In this document: positions 48,614-58,503 of the stretch, piece by piece
Position numbering within the stretch: the first letter of the stretch is position 1
How the letters are laid out: each line of letters starts with the position of its first letter
Assembly: GCA_013289085.1 (NCBI GenBank)
Contig: JABDAR010000002.1
Coordinates: 69,943-133,942, forward strand
Length of the DNA stretch: 64,000 bases
DNA from: Gammaproteobacteria bacterium
GTDB lineage: Bacteria; Pseudomonadota; Gammaproteobacteria; JABCZS01
Direction: 5' to 3'
The notes under the pieces: model-generated
Seen by the model: only the letters and a program-made list of their open reading frames with translations
What the model was told of the DNA's origin: nothing
Databases searched by the model: none
Made by a program: the position numbers and the translations under genes

Positions 48614-48897
48614 TTGAAGAAATCTCTGTCGCAACTTTGCAGAAAAAATTGCAAGCCGGTGAAGACATTTTTTTATTAGATGTCAGAGAGCCTCATGAAT
48701 TCGCTGCATTTAATATCAAAGGCCATTTGATTCCCTTAGCCGAATTACTGCAGCGATTAAATGAAATTCCAAAAAATAAACCTATAGTTACGATCTGCCG
48801 CTCCGGTAAACGCAGTGATATTGCTGGGCAAATGCTAAAAGCACATGGATTTAATGATGTGAAAAATTTAGCCGGCGGCTTATTGGCTTGGCAATAA
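48610..48897 (+). CDS. single-domain rhodanese (sulfurtransferase)
   Basis: 95 aa with active-site loop CRSGKRS. The start overlaps the osmC stop (ATGA). Confidence 0.7.
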   Translation: MIEEISVATLQKKLQAGEDIFLLDVREPHEFAAFNIKGHLIPLAELLQRLNEIPKNKPIVTICRSGKRSDIAGQMLKAHGFNDVKNLAGGLLAWQ

Positions 48898-48907
48898 GAT
48901 AAGCATA

Positions 48908-49594
48908 ATGGACACTATTATTTTTATCCCAGGCCATGGATGCACACCGCGTGTTTTTGAGGCACAAATACAAGAATTATCTGCGCATTATGAATGTGTC
49001 TGCATAGACTTACGCAACTATAAAACCATTAAAGAAATCATTGATCATGTTTTAAACAACACGCCTTCACAATTTTACATTTTAGGATTTTCATTAGGTG
49101 CAGCAATTGCATTAGACATCAGTCAACAAGCGCCTCATCGCATTAAAGGACACATACATATCTCGTTACCCTATGAAGGTCCATCCACCACCTTAATAAA
49201 CGAATTAACGCAAATTGAAAAAGATTTACCCTCGATGGAAATGGATGAATTTATCAAGCTTGCCTATCAAAAATATTTTCCACATAAAGAACCCAGCGAT
49301 CCACTTTATGCAATATTATCGCAAATGCTTTTAGAAACAGGGAAAATTCATTACATCGAACAAGCCCATATGTTATCAAAACCTTGGCATTTGATTGCAA
49401 GTGCACATCAACACCATCCAGTATTAATTCTAAGTGGCGCACTCGATAAACGCGCTAAACCTGAATATCACGAAAAGATGGCTGCACAATTAAAAACCTC
49501 AACACTCCATGTGTTACCCAATGCAGGGCATTTTCTAACCCTAGAGCAACCCGCATTATCAACGCAGATTATTCAAGAATGGTTAAATTCTTAA
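48908..49594 (+). CDS. alpha/beta-fold hydrolase
   Basis: 228 aa with IFIPGHG, nucleophile elbow GFSLGA and C-terminal NAGHF. Confidence 0.6.
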   Translation: MDTIIFIPGHGCTPRVFEAQIQELSAHYECVCIDLRNYKTIKEIIDHVLNNTPSQFYILGFSLGAAIALDISQQAPHRIKGHIHISLPYEGPSTTLINELTQIEKDLPSMEMDEFIKLAYQKYFPHKEPSDPLYAILSQMLLETGKIHYIEQAHMLSKPWHLIASAHQHHPVLILSGALDKRAKPEYHEKMAAQLKTSTLHVLPNAGHFLTLEQPALSTQIIQEWLNS

Positions 49595-49624
49595 GCTGAA
49601 TACCTATATTTTTAGTTAATTAAC

Positions 49625-49658
49625 AAAAGGGGGGGGGGCAATTTGCCACCCCCCTTTG
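49625..49658. terminator. bidirectional Rho-independent terminator between the hydrolase gene and rpoH, containing a G10 tract
   Basis: AAAA-GGGGGGGGGGCA-ATT-TGCCACCCCCC-TTTG. This is a GC stem flanked by an A-run and a T-run, so a U-tract follows the hairpin on both strands. Confidence 0.65.
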
Positions 49659-49672
49659 TAACCACTTCTTCG

Positions 49673-49700
49673 CGTCATCCCCGCCTACGCGGGAATGACG
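49673..49700. repeat. GC-rich 12-bp-stem hairpin (REP-like)
   Basis: CGTCATCCCCGC-CTAC-GCGGGAATGACG with one mismatch. It shares the ATCCCC..GCCT core with the 22733..22847 element. Confidence 0.55.
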
Positions 49701-49724
49701 GTATGCTTTAGAACAAAAATTATT

Positions 49725-50549
49725 TTAAACATAACATTGACGTAACAGTTCAAAACCCATCACTTCAATCTGTCTTACGCGTTCCGCAGAAATATTATAT
49801 TTTTGTGCTAAATCATGTAATGACATTTTTTCTTCTGATAAATATCGGGATAAAATAATGTCGCGGGTGCGTTCGGGTAATTTTGACAGGGCTTGTTGTA
49901 ATTGGTTTGTAGTTGCGGTTTGTTCAACATGTTCAATATAAAGTTGTTCGGGATTTTGATAGACCATGCCTGCATCAGCGGGCGTTGGTAATGTATAACG
50001 AGATTCATGGCCTTCTTCTGGCGTGATATCTAAAAAAACATCTTGCGCTTGTAGGCGCAGTTCCATTTCTTTGACCTCGTTTGGTTTTACTTTTAATTCT
50101 GTGGCTATTGTTTTTATTTCACTGCTGGTTAAACTGGTAAAACCTTTTTTCAGGCGACGTAAATTAAAAAATAATTTGCGTTGCGCTTTGGTGGTGGCGA
50201 TGCGTACTAAGCGCCAATTGCGCAGCACAAAATTGTGGATTTCTGATTTGATCCAATGGATTGCAAATGTGGCCAGCCTCACCCCCAAATTGGGATCAAA
50301 GCGTTTGACCGCTTTCATTAGTCCAATATTGCCTTCCTGGATTAAATCATCTTGCGGCAAACCATAGCCTTTGTAATTACGGGCAATGCGCACTACGAAA
50401 CGTAAATGGGATAAAACTAATTGTTTGGCCGCATTTAAATCTTGCTCATAAAACCAACGATGCGCTAAAGCGCGTTCATCAGATTCACTGAGCATGGGGA
50501 TTTGTAAAGCTTGTGCTTGAAAATCAATGAGTTGTAGTTCTTTTAGCAT
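49725..50549 (-). CDS. rpoH: RNA polymerase sigma-32 (heat-shock sigma factor)
   Basis: RpoH box TKAQRKLFFNLR, region 2 DLIQEGNIGLMKAVKRFDP and region 4 SAERVRQIE. The ATG at 50549 follows GAGGG by 8 nt. The ORF is open to 50564. Confidence 0.9.
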   Translation of the reverse strand: MLKELQLIDFQAQALQIPMLSESDERALAHRWFYEQDLNAAKQLVLSHLRFVVRIARNYKGYGLPQDDLIQEGNIGLMKAVKRFDPNLGVRLATFAIHWIKSEIHNFVLRNWRLVRIATTKAQRKLFFNLRRLKKGFTSLTSSEIKTIATELKVKPNEVKEMELRLQAQDVFLDITPEEGHESRYTLPTPADAGMVYQNPEQLYIEHVEQTATTNQLQQALSKLPERTRDIILSRYLSEEKMSLHDLAQKYNISAERVRQIEVMGFELLRQCYV

Positions 50550-50585
50550 TGCGTATACCCTCATAAATGACTGAGTATTTTATTT

Positions 50586-50610
50586 TAGCACTCTCATGCC
50601 TAGAGTGCTA
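50586..50610. promoter_or_regulatory. perfect 9-bp inverted repeat in the rpoH/mrcA divergent region
   Basis: TAGCACTCT-N7-AGAGTGCTA, 37 nt upstream of the preferred rpoH start. Confidence 0.35.
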
Positions 50611-50649
50611 GAGCCTATACAAGATTTATAGACATGTTATTATTACAAG

Positions 50650-52920
50650 ATGTTTAACTTTATAAAAATCCTATTTACTGCCGCCGTATTATTTGCGTTG
50701 ACATTGACCTTTGGGGCCATTTATTTAAATGCCTCATTGCCTAATGTTGAAGAGCTAACTGAAGCTAAATTACAGATTCCTTTGAGCGTTTATACCAAAG
50801 ACGGTAAATTAATTAGTCAATTTGGCGAATATCGGCGTAGTCCGGTTAAATTAGCCGATGTGCCACAAGGATTAATAGATGCAGTTTTGGCAACTGAAGA
50901 TCATCGTTTTTACCAACATACGGGTGTTGATTTTATTGGCTTGATGCGGGCTGCACATCATTTATTAGTAGTCGGCGGTCGCGGTCAAGGCGGTAGTACT
51001 ATTACCATGCAAGTTGCGCGTAATTTTTATTTATCACCTGAAAAAACCTTTATTCGTAAATTTAACGAGATTTTACTCGCCCTTAAAATTGAGCGTGAAT
51101 TTACTAAAGATCAAATTCTGGAATTGTATTTAAATAAAATTTATTTGGGTAGCCGCGCTTATGGCGTGGTTGCTGCTGCACAAGTGTATTACGGCAAAAC
51201 TTTAGACCAGCTTACCTTACCTGAAATGGCGATGATTGCAGGTCTTCCACAAGCGCCTTCTCGTTTAAATCCGATTAACAATCCAACTGGCGCTAAAGTA
51301 AGACGCACGCACGTATTAAATAAAATGTATGAATATGGTTATATCGATAAAGCGGCTTATGATGCGGCCGTTAATGCACCTATGACTGAAACTTATCACG
51401 GGCCTAAAGTTGAAGTTGATGCCCCTTATGTCGCCGAAATAATCAGACAAATATTATATAAACAATTAGGCGATAAAATTTATATCGAAGGTCTTAAAGC
51501 TTACACCACTATAGAAAGCCAAGAACAATTAGCAGCAAACAATTCACTGGAAAATGGTTTACTCAATTATGACAAACGTCACGGATATCGTGGACCTATT
51601 GGATTAAATGGTGATTTAACTCTACTCAAAGAAGCATCAAATGTAGGCCCATTAAAACCTGCATTAGTGACCAAAGTAACTGCTGATTCAGCAACCGCCA
51701 TACTTGCAGATGAAGAAACCATTACTATTAATTGGAATGGTTTATCCTGGGCACGCAAAGATTTAGGCCAGGGACGCGTGGGCGCCTATCCAAAAGTGGC
51801 CACAGATATTTTGAAAAAAGACGCGCTTATTTATGTATTAAAAAATAAGGCTGATGGCACCTATCGTTTAGCACAAATTCCAGAAGTACAAGGCGCTATT
51901 GTGGCAATGGATCCTAAAACTGGGGCAATCACTGCCTTAGCCGGTGGCTTTGATTTTTTTGAAAATAATTTTAATGCTGCAACGCAAGCAAAACGTCAAC
52001 CGGGTTCTAGTTTTAAACCTTTTATTTATGCTGCAGCACTCGATAATGGTTTTAAAACTACCAGCATGATTAATGATGCACCCCTTGTGATTGCTGATAC
52101 TCCCACCACTTTATGGCGACCACAAAATGATGATGAAAAATTTTTTGGTCCCACCAGTTTACGTATGGGTTTAGTGTTATCCGTAAATTTAGTATCTATT
52201 AGATTATTAGATGCGATAGGGATTGATACGCTCGTTGAATATGCATCGCGTTTTGGTTTTGATCCTAAAACCATGCCACGCGGTTTGTCGCTGGCTTTAG
52301 GCACATTGGATACTACACCGCTTGAAATGACTACTGCATACAGTGTATTTGCAAATGGCGGTTACAAAGTGACTGCGCATGTTTTTGATTATTTGAGCGA
52401 TGAAAAGGGCAATATTTTAATGAAAAATGAAGTGGCAGAACCTAAACCGGTGATTTCACCTGAAACTGCTTATATCATGACCGATATATTAAAAGACGTG
52501 ATACAACGTGGTACAGGACGCGGGGCATTACAAATAGGTCGAGGCGATCTCTCCGGAAAAACAGGATCAACTAATGATCATCGTGATGCCTGGTTTGTGG
52601 GTTATAATGCGGATCGTGTTGCCAGTGTATGGTTTGGTTTTTCACGCAATCGTACTTTAGGTAAAGGCGAATACGGCGCGCAAACCGCATTGCCTGTCTG
52701 GGTAGATTTTATGCGGGAAGCATTGCGGGATAAACCAGAAAGTGTGTTAGCACAACCCAAAGATGTAGTATTTGTACGCATCAATCGTAAAACTGGCAAT
52801 TTAACTTCCGGTAATGATCCCGATGCTGTATTTGAAATATTTACTGCAGATACAGCGCCGAATGAAACGAAAACCAATACTTCGAAAGAAAAATGGGTAA
52901 ACCCAGCTAATTTATTTTAA
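50650..52920 (+). CDS. mrcA: penicillin-binding protein 1A (bifunctional glycosyltransferase/transpeptidase)
   Basis: 756 aa with GT51 motifs EDHRFYQHTGVD and RKFNEILLALKIE, and transpeptidase motifs SSFKPF and KTGST. Confidence 0.9.
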   Translation: MFNFIKILFTAAVLFALTLTFGAIYLNASLPNVEELTEAKLQIPLSVYTKDGKLISQFGEYRRSPVKLADVPQGLIDAVLATEDHRFYQHTGVDFIGLMRAAHHLLVVGGRGQGGSTITMQVARNFYLSPEKTFIRKFNEILLALKIEREFTKDQILELYLNKIYLGSRAYGVVAAAQVYYGKTLDQLTLPEMAMIAGLPQAPSRLNPINNPTGAKVRRTHVLNKMYEYGYIDKAAYDAAVNAPMTETYHGPKVEVDAPYVAEIIRQILYKQLGDKIYIEGLKAYTTIESQEQLAANNSLENGLLNYDKRHGYRGPIGLNGDLTLLKEASNVGPLKPALVTKVTADSATAILADEETITINWNGLSWARKDLGQGRVGAYPKVATDILKKDALIYVLKNKADGTYRLAQIPEVQGAIVAMDPKTGAITALAGGFDFFENNFNAATQAKRQPGSSFKPFIYAAALDNGFKTTSMINDAPLVIADTPTTLWRPQNDDEKFFGPTSLRMGLVLSVNLVSIRLLDAIGIDTLVEYASRFGFDPKTMPRGLSLALGTLDTTPLEMTTAYSVFANGGYKVTAHVFDYLSDEKGNILMKNEVAEPKPVISPETAYIMTDILKDVIQRGTGRGALQIGRGDLSGKTGSTNDHRDAWFVGYNADRVASVWFGFSRNRTLGKGEYGAQTALPVWVDFMREALRDKPESVLAQPKDVVFVRINRKTGNLTSGNDPDAVFEIFTADTAPNETKTNTSKEKWVNPANLF

Positions 52921-52935
52921 ACAAGGATACTTGCC

Positions 52936-53652
52936 ATGGAACCGGCCCTGATGTTTGATATTATTATTTCTTTATCTACATTAATTATGCTGGAAATTAT
53001 TCTGGGCGTAGATAATCTGGTATTTATATCCATATTAAGTTCCCGCTTACCTGAAAAGCAACAAAAAATAGCACGACGCATAGGTTTATTGTTGGCTATG
53101 ATTACGCGTTTATTATTACTAGCTTCTGCAGTTTGGCTCGCACAACTCACACAACCATTATTTTTTATTTTTGATCATCCTGTTTCTTTTCGCGATCTCT
53201 TTTTATTTTCAGGCGGTTTATTTTTAGTGATAAAAGGTTTATGGGAAATTCATCAAGAAATCGATAAAGCCGGCCGCGCTGCCATCGCTTTAAAATATTC
53301 AACATTTCCACTCGTCATCTCACAGATTGTGTTATTCGACATGGTATTTTCACTCGATAGTATTTTAACAGCAGTGAGTTTAACCAATAATTTCACCATT
53401 ATGGCCATAGCCATTATTATTGCAGTGCTTGTCATGCTACTCGCCAGTGAACATTTACATTATTTTATTCAAAAATATCCCACCATCAAAATGCTGGCCT
53501 TGACGTTCTTATTATTAATTGGTGCGGTATTAATCGCAGATGGCATGTCAATACACATACCGAGAGGTTATGTCTATTTTGCACTGTTCTTCTCGTTAAC
53601 AGTTGAACTATTGAATAATTATATGCGTTACAAACGTGGGTCAAAAGGCTGA
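52936..53652 (+). CDS. TerC-family integral membrane protein
   Basis: 238 aa with LEIILGVDNLVFISIL and a second DSILTAV repeat typical of TerC/YegH-type proteins. Confidence 0.8.
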   Translation: MEPALMFDIIISLSTLIMLEIILGVDNLVFISILSSRLPEKQQKIARRIGLLLAMITRLLLLASAVWLAQLTQPLFFIFDHPVSFRDLFLFSGGLFLVIKGLWEIHQEIDKAGRAAIALKYSTFPLVISQIVLFDMVFSLDSILTAVSLTNNFTIMAIAIIIAVLVMLLASEHLHYFIQKYPTIKMLALTFLLLIGAVLIADGMSIHIPRGYVYFALFFSLTVELLNNYMRYKRGSKG

Positions 53653-53661
53653 GGAGATAAA

Positions 53662-55938
53662 TTATTCCTCAACCTTTTCCACATAACCACAATTCTTCTG
53701 CGGGCAGACTTTTTCTGTGCCGCGTTTTTGGGTGGTTTTTTGGGTGAGCATTAAGAAGCCGCATTTAGGGCAGGGTTCATCTAGAGGGAGATCCCAGACT
53801 GCGTACGAACATTTAGGGTATAAAGAACAAGAATAGAAAATTTTGCCGCGTTTGGATTTGCGTTTTAGCATAGTGCCTTTGGAGCAATCTGGACATTGGA
53901 CACCACTGTCTTCTGGCTTTTCTAAGGGTTCAATGTGTTTACATTTTGGATAATTACTACAACCAATAAATTTGCCATATTTACCCACACGAATCTGTAA
54001 ATCACTTCCGCATTCTGGGCATTTACGATCTGCAACAATTTCAGCTTGAGGCTGTGCACTATCATCACCCATATTACGCGTGTAATCACATTCTGGATAA
54101 GCGGTACACCCAATAAAACGACCGTGTTTGCCTAAACGTATACTTAAATCTTTACCACATTTAGGACATTTTTCATCTAATTTTTCTTGAGTAACATCAC
54201 TGCGCTGAACCGTTTCTTCCGTGGTATGAATCAATTTAATAAAGGGTTGCCAAAAATTTTCCAAAACCGGTAACCACTGTGTTTCACCGCGTGCAACCGC
54301 ATCTAATTGATCTTCAAGATTTGCAGTAAAGGTATAATCGACATAATCAGTAAAATATTGCGTAAGAAATTTATTGACCACACGTCCGACATCTGTGGGC
54401 TGAAAACGCTTTTTATCTAAAGTCGCATACTCACGTTGTTGCAGCGTTTGAATAATGCTGGCATAAGTGGATGGCCGACCAATACCAAATTCTTCTAATG
54501 ATTTAATGAGGCTCGCTTCAGTAAAAGGTGGTGGCGGTTCAGTAAAATGTTGTTTGCCCTCAATGCCTAATAAAGTAATTGATTCACCCTCATTCATTTC
54601 GGGTAATAAACGACCTTCATCATCATTTTTCTTTTCATCGTCGATGCCCTCTTGATAAACCGCAATAAAACCAGGGTCTGCAATAGTAGAACCATTCGCG
54701 CGGAATATATGTTTGCCGCAGGCGAGATCAATTGCAACTGCATTAATAGTGGCATGAATCATTTGACAAGCTACAGTTCTTTGCCAAATCAAGCGATATA
54801 ATTTAAATTGTTCATCGCTTAAAAATGATTTGATGTCTTCAGGCACATGATTCACAGAGGTAGGACGAATGGCCTCGTGTGCTTCTTGTGCATTTTTCGA
54901 TTTGGTTTTATAAATTTTAATTTCATCAGGGACATTATGTTTGCCGTATTTTTGTGCAATAAATGCGCGAATTTCTTCAATCGCTTCATTAGCCAAATTC
55001 ACAGAATCGGTACGCATATAACTGATCAAACCGACGACGCCATCACCAACATCAATACCTTCATAAAGTTGTTGTGCCACACGCATGGTTCTTTGCGCAG
55101 CAAAACCCAATTTACGCGCCGCTTCTTGTTGCAAAGTTGAGGTAATAAAAGGTGGCGCAGGATGACGCTTACGTTGTTTTTTCTCAACAGATTTTACGGT
55201 TAAAACACCATTTGCTTCGTTTAATAAAGTATCTTTGGCATTAAATGCATCTTTTTCATTATTGATAGTAAATTGCTTGAGTTTTTCACTATTAAGCTCT
55301 ATTAATTTTGCAGGAAAATGTTGGCTTTCTTTTTCGCAATTGGCTTCAATGGTCCAATATTCTTGTGGGATAAATTTATCAATTTCTTCTTGACGTTCAA
55401 CAATCAAACGCAATGCTGGACTTTGCACACGTCCTGCTGATAAACCGCGACGAATTTTTTTCCACAGTAACGGTGAGAGTTTAAAACCCACTAAAAAATC
55501 TAAAGCGCGTCTTGCTTGTTGGGCATGAATTAAATCTATGGATAATTCACGTGGCTCTTCCATCGCATGTAAAATAGCTTTTTTGGTGATCTCATGAAAC
55601 GCAACGCGATAAACGGGTTTATCACCCAGAACTTTGCGCTCAATTGCTAATTCTTTTAAATGCCACGAAATGGCTTCGCCTTCGCGATCAGGATCCGTTG
55701 CAAGATAAAGTGCATCGGCTTGTTTCAATGCTTTAATAAATGTATCAATGTGTTTATTATTTTTTTCAACTATTTGGTACTTCATGGCAAATTGGTGGTC
55801 GGGATCAACCGCACCTTCTTTGGGTACTAAATCACGGACATGGCCATAGGAGGCAATGACTTCATAATCTTTGCCAAGATATTTTTTCAGCGTACGTGCT
55901 TTTGCGGGTGATTCAACAACAACTAAATTTTTTGCCAT
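53662..55938 (-). CDS. topA: DNA topoisomerase I
   Basis: 758 aa with a Toprim N-terminus (LVVVESPAKA), active-site region SYMRTDS and C-terminal C4 zinc fingers. Confidence 0.95.
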   Translation of the reverse strand: MAKNLVVVESPAKARTLKKYLGKDYEVIASYGHVRDLVPKEGAVDPDHQFAMKYQIVEKNNKHIDTFIKALKQADALYLATDPDREGEAISWHLKELAIERKVLGDKPVYRVAFHEITKKAILHAMEEPRELSIDLIHAQQARRALDFLVGFKLSPLLWKKIRRGLSAGRVQSPALRLIVERQEEIDKFIPQEYWTIEANCEKESQHFPAKLIELNSEKLKQFTINNEKDAFNAKDTLLNEANGVLTVKSVEKKQRKRHPAPPFITSTLQQEAARKLGFAAQRTMRVAQQLYEGIDVGDGVVGLISYMRTDSVNLANEAIEEIRAFIAQKYGKHNVPDEIKIYKTKSKNAQEAHEAIRPTSVNHVPEDIKSFLSDEQFKLYRLIWQRTVACQMIHATINAVAIDLACGKHIFRANGSTIADPGFIAVYQEGIDDEKKNDDEGRLLPEMNEGESITLLGIEGKQHFTEPPPPFTEASLIKSLEEFGIGRPSTYASIIQTLQQREYATLDKKRFQPTDVGRVVNKFLTQYFTDYVDYTFTANLEDQLDAVARGETQWLPVLENFWQPFIKLIHTTEETVQRSDVTQEKLDEKCPKCGKDLSIRLGKHGRFIGCTAYPECDYTRNMGDDSAQPQAEIVADRKCPECGSDLQIRVGKYGKFIGCSNYPKCKHIEPLEKPEDSGVQCPDCSKGTMLKRKSKRGKIFYSCSLYPKCSYAVWDLPLDEPCPKCGFLMLTQKTTQKRGTEKVCPQKNCGYVEKVEE

Positions 55939-55947
55939 TATTATGCT

Positions 55948-56427
55948 CTAATTGATTTCTAACTTTGCTTTTGTATCTTCCTGCAATAATAAATAATCCA
56001 AAAGCCTTGTGATAGTTGCATCATCTAAATGATCCGATAACGCAATAATGCTCAGCCATTTGAGTTGTTCAATATCCATTTGTGCAATATCAAGCTGCAA
56101 CATTTGGTTAATAATGATCTCACGGGTCGTCATTGTCAATACACCGGCTTGTTCTAACTTGAGTAACAGGCTTCTGCAAGTCGTAGATAAAACCGCTGTT
56201 TCTTGTGGCGTATAAATACGTACCGCAAGCGAACTCGGCTCATTCACCTCTTCCATATACTCATCATCTTGTGATTCATGAAACCAGGCATAAGCATCTT
56301 CTATCATTTCTTGGTTAAAACCCATTTTTTCTAATTTCTCAAGGGTATAAGCATCAAAAGGCAGAGGTTCTGCTTGATCAAAATCTGCAAAAAAATCGAT
56401 TAACATATCAAGCACATTGGGTTTCAT
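55948..56427 (-). CDS. smg: Smg (DUF494) protein
   Basis: 159 aa with RIYTPQE and LKWLSI motifs. It has the conserved dprA-smg-topA order. Confidence 0.75.
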   Translation of the reverse strand: MKPNVLDMLIDFFADFDQAEPLPFDAYTLEKLEKMGFNQEMIEDAYAWFHESQDDEYMEEVNEPSSLAVRIYTPQETAVLSTTCRSLLLKLEQAGVLTMTTREIIINQMLQLDIAQMDIEQLKWLSIIALSDHLDDATITRLLDYLLLQEDTKAKLEIN

Positions 56428-57499
56428 AAATTGCTCCTGCTTGAATAAGTCCTTGGACTTCTAATTGTGTGATAATGACGGTTAATTCTTGAGCGCTTAA
56501 TTTTGATTGTTCTACTAGATAATCAAAGGGTAACGCTTGATTGACTAAATTCAATACCTGCTGCTCTACTATAGATAATGTAGATAATTCAGGTGTAGGC
56601 ATGACTCTTTGGGTAAAACCAGAAAACTCTTCAGTGATATCCGTCACATTTTCCACTAATTTTGCTCCCTGACGAATCAGCGCATGACAGCCGCGCGCTA
56701 ATGGATTATGTATGGCACCAGGAACAGCAAAAACTTCCCTGTTCTGTTCAATAGCATAGCGCGCTGTGATTAAGGATCCACTTTTAAGAGCAGCTTCCAT
56801 AACCAATACCCCTAAACTTAAACCACTGATAATACGATTACGTCTTGGAAAATTTTCGGCCCTGGGTGGCGTGTTCACTGGAAACTCACTCACTAATAAA
56901 CCATTTTCACTGATTTGTCTTGCTAATTTATCATGACGTCTTGGATAAATTTGATTTAAACCCGTACCTAATACCGCAATAGTTGCGCCGTGTGCGGCAA
57001 GGGCGGCTTGATGTGCTTTGGCATCTATTCCTAAAGCGAGGCCACTGGTAATCACAAAACCAGCTTCTGATAATTGTGTAGTCAATACTTGAGTATTCAT
57101 TAAACCACTGGCGCTGGGATTACGACTACCCACAATAGCAATTTGCGCATTATTTAATAAATCTTGGCGCCCAAAAGTATATAAAAGCAATGGATTTGCA
57201 GAGATCTCCTTCAATCGTCTTGGATATTCAGCATCTAATAAAGTCAAAATACCACGTTCAGGAGATTGATTTAACCAAGCCAAGTCTTGTTCAGCGAGTG
57301 CATAATCCGGTTTTAAAATATTTAAAGCTAAACTTTCAGACAAGCCCAGCTGTCTTAAAGTATTGAGATCACTGCCTAAAATTTCATCAAATGAATTGAA
57401 ATGCTTGAATAAACGGGCAAGGCGCTTGCTTCCCATTTGCGGGATATGGCAAATCGCGAGATAATGTTTTAAATCAGTTTCTGCTAGGTAATGGAACAT
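56408..57499 (-). CDS. dprA: DNA-processing protein DprA (Smf)
   Basis: 363 aa with a Rossmann-like core (IAIVGSRNPS, GLALGIDAKAHQAAL, VMEAALKSGSLITA). Confidence 0.85.
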   Translation of the reverse strand: MFHYLAETDLKHYLAICHIPQMGSKRLARLFKHFNSFDEILGSDLNTLRQLGLSESLALNILKPDYALAEQDLAWLNQSPERGILTLLDAEYPRRLKEISANPLLLYTFGRQDLLNNAQIAIVGSRNPSASGLMNTQVLTTQLSEAGFVITSGLALGIDAKAHQAALAAHGATIAVLGTGLNQIYPRRHDKLARQISENGLLVSEFPVNTPPRAENFPRRNRIISGLSLGVLVMEAALKSGSLITARYAIEQNREVFAVPGAIHNPLARGCHALIRQGAKLVENVTDITEEFSGFTQRVMPTPELSTLSIVEQQVLNLVNQALPFDYLVEQSKLSAQELTVIITQLEVQGLIQAGAIYETQCA

Positions 57500-57564
57500 C
57501 GGTGTATGCTACCTAAGCTTTGGGGTATTTGTCATTACTTTTTTCTAAAATGGGGTAGTTTTCT

Positions 57565-58503
57565 ATGTTAAACATCATTTTTGCCGGCACCCCAGAAGTA
57601 TCTGAACAAATATTATCACATCTGCTTAAGTCTAAATGCGCCGTCAGCCACGTTTTTACCCAACCAGATAGACCGGCAGGTCGTGGCAGACATTTAACAG
57701 CAAGCCCAGTAAAAACTTTGGGCATCGAACATGGCCTTCCAATATTTCAGCCGCAAACCCTAAACACCCCCGAACAAGTACAACTTCTTAAAAACTTAGC
57801 CCCAGATTTATTAATTGTCGTAGCTTACGGTTTAATACTACCGCCCGAAATTTTAGCCATCCCAAAATATGGTTGTATTAATATCCATTTTTCTTTATTA
57901 CCGAGATGGCGCGGCGCCTCCCCCGTACAGCAAGCGATATTAGCAGGCGATAAAAAAACTGGCATTTCCATTATTCAAATGAAAAAAGGTTTAGATACGG
58001 GACCCATTTTATTTAGCGCGGAATGCGACATACACCCACATGACACCAGTGAAAATTTATTTAATCGTCTTATTCCCATTGCCCAAAATTTATTATTAAC
58101 GACTTTAGATAAAATTGAGAAACAAAACATTCATCCTAAACGCCAAGATCCAAAGCAAAAAACTTATGCACACTTAATAGAAAAACATCAAGCCCAAATT
58201 GATTGGCAACAAAGCGCTGCAAAAATAGATCGCTTAATTCGCGCCTATTACCCATCCCCCATAGCCTACACCCATTGCTGCGATCTAACGCTACGCATTT
58301 TTAAAGCACATATTATTGATAATAAAACCGAGCAAACCCCAGGTTTAATATTAAACGCAAACCGCGAAGGTTTAGATATAGCGACCGGAAAGGGAATATT
58401 AAGAATCACAGAACTACAATTACCCGGAAAACGCCGCATGTCCACGGCAGATCTACTCAACGCACACCACCCACAATTACAAGCGGGCAATCAATTCGTT
58501 TAA
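57565..58503 (+). CDS. fmt: methionyl-tRNA formyltransferase
   Basis: 312 aa with IIFAGTPE, INIHFSLLPRWRGASP and the C-terminal OB-like domain. Confidence 0.9.
   Translation: MLNIIFAGTPEVSEQILSHLLKSKCAVSHVFTQPDRPAGRGRHLTASPVKTLGIEHGLPIFQPQTLNTPEQVQLLKNLAPDLLIVVAYGLILPPEILAIPKYGCINIHFSLLPRWRGASPVQQAILAGDKKTGISIIQMKKGLDTGPILFSAECDIHPHDTSENLFNRLIPIAQNLLLTTLDKIEKQNIHPKRQDPKQKTYAHLIEKHQAQIDWQQSAAKIDRLIRAYYPSPIAYTHCCDLTLRIFKAHIIDNKTEQTPGLILNANREGLDIATGKGILRITELQLPGKRRMSTADLLNAHHPQLQAGNQFV

Noticed and set aside
49673-49700. The hairpin CGTCATCCCCGC-CTAC-GCGGGAATGACG resembles the ATTCCC-N8-GGGAAT type repeats known from Neisseria intergenic mosaic elements.
   Set aside because: The resemblance is limited to a short GC-rich palindrome core and rests on memory. 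I do not claim homology or assign it to a named family without a database search.
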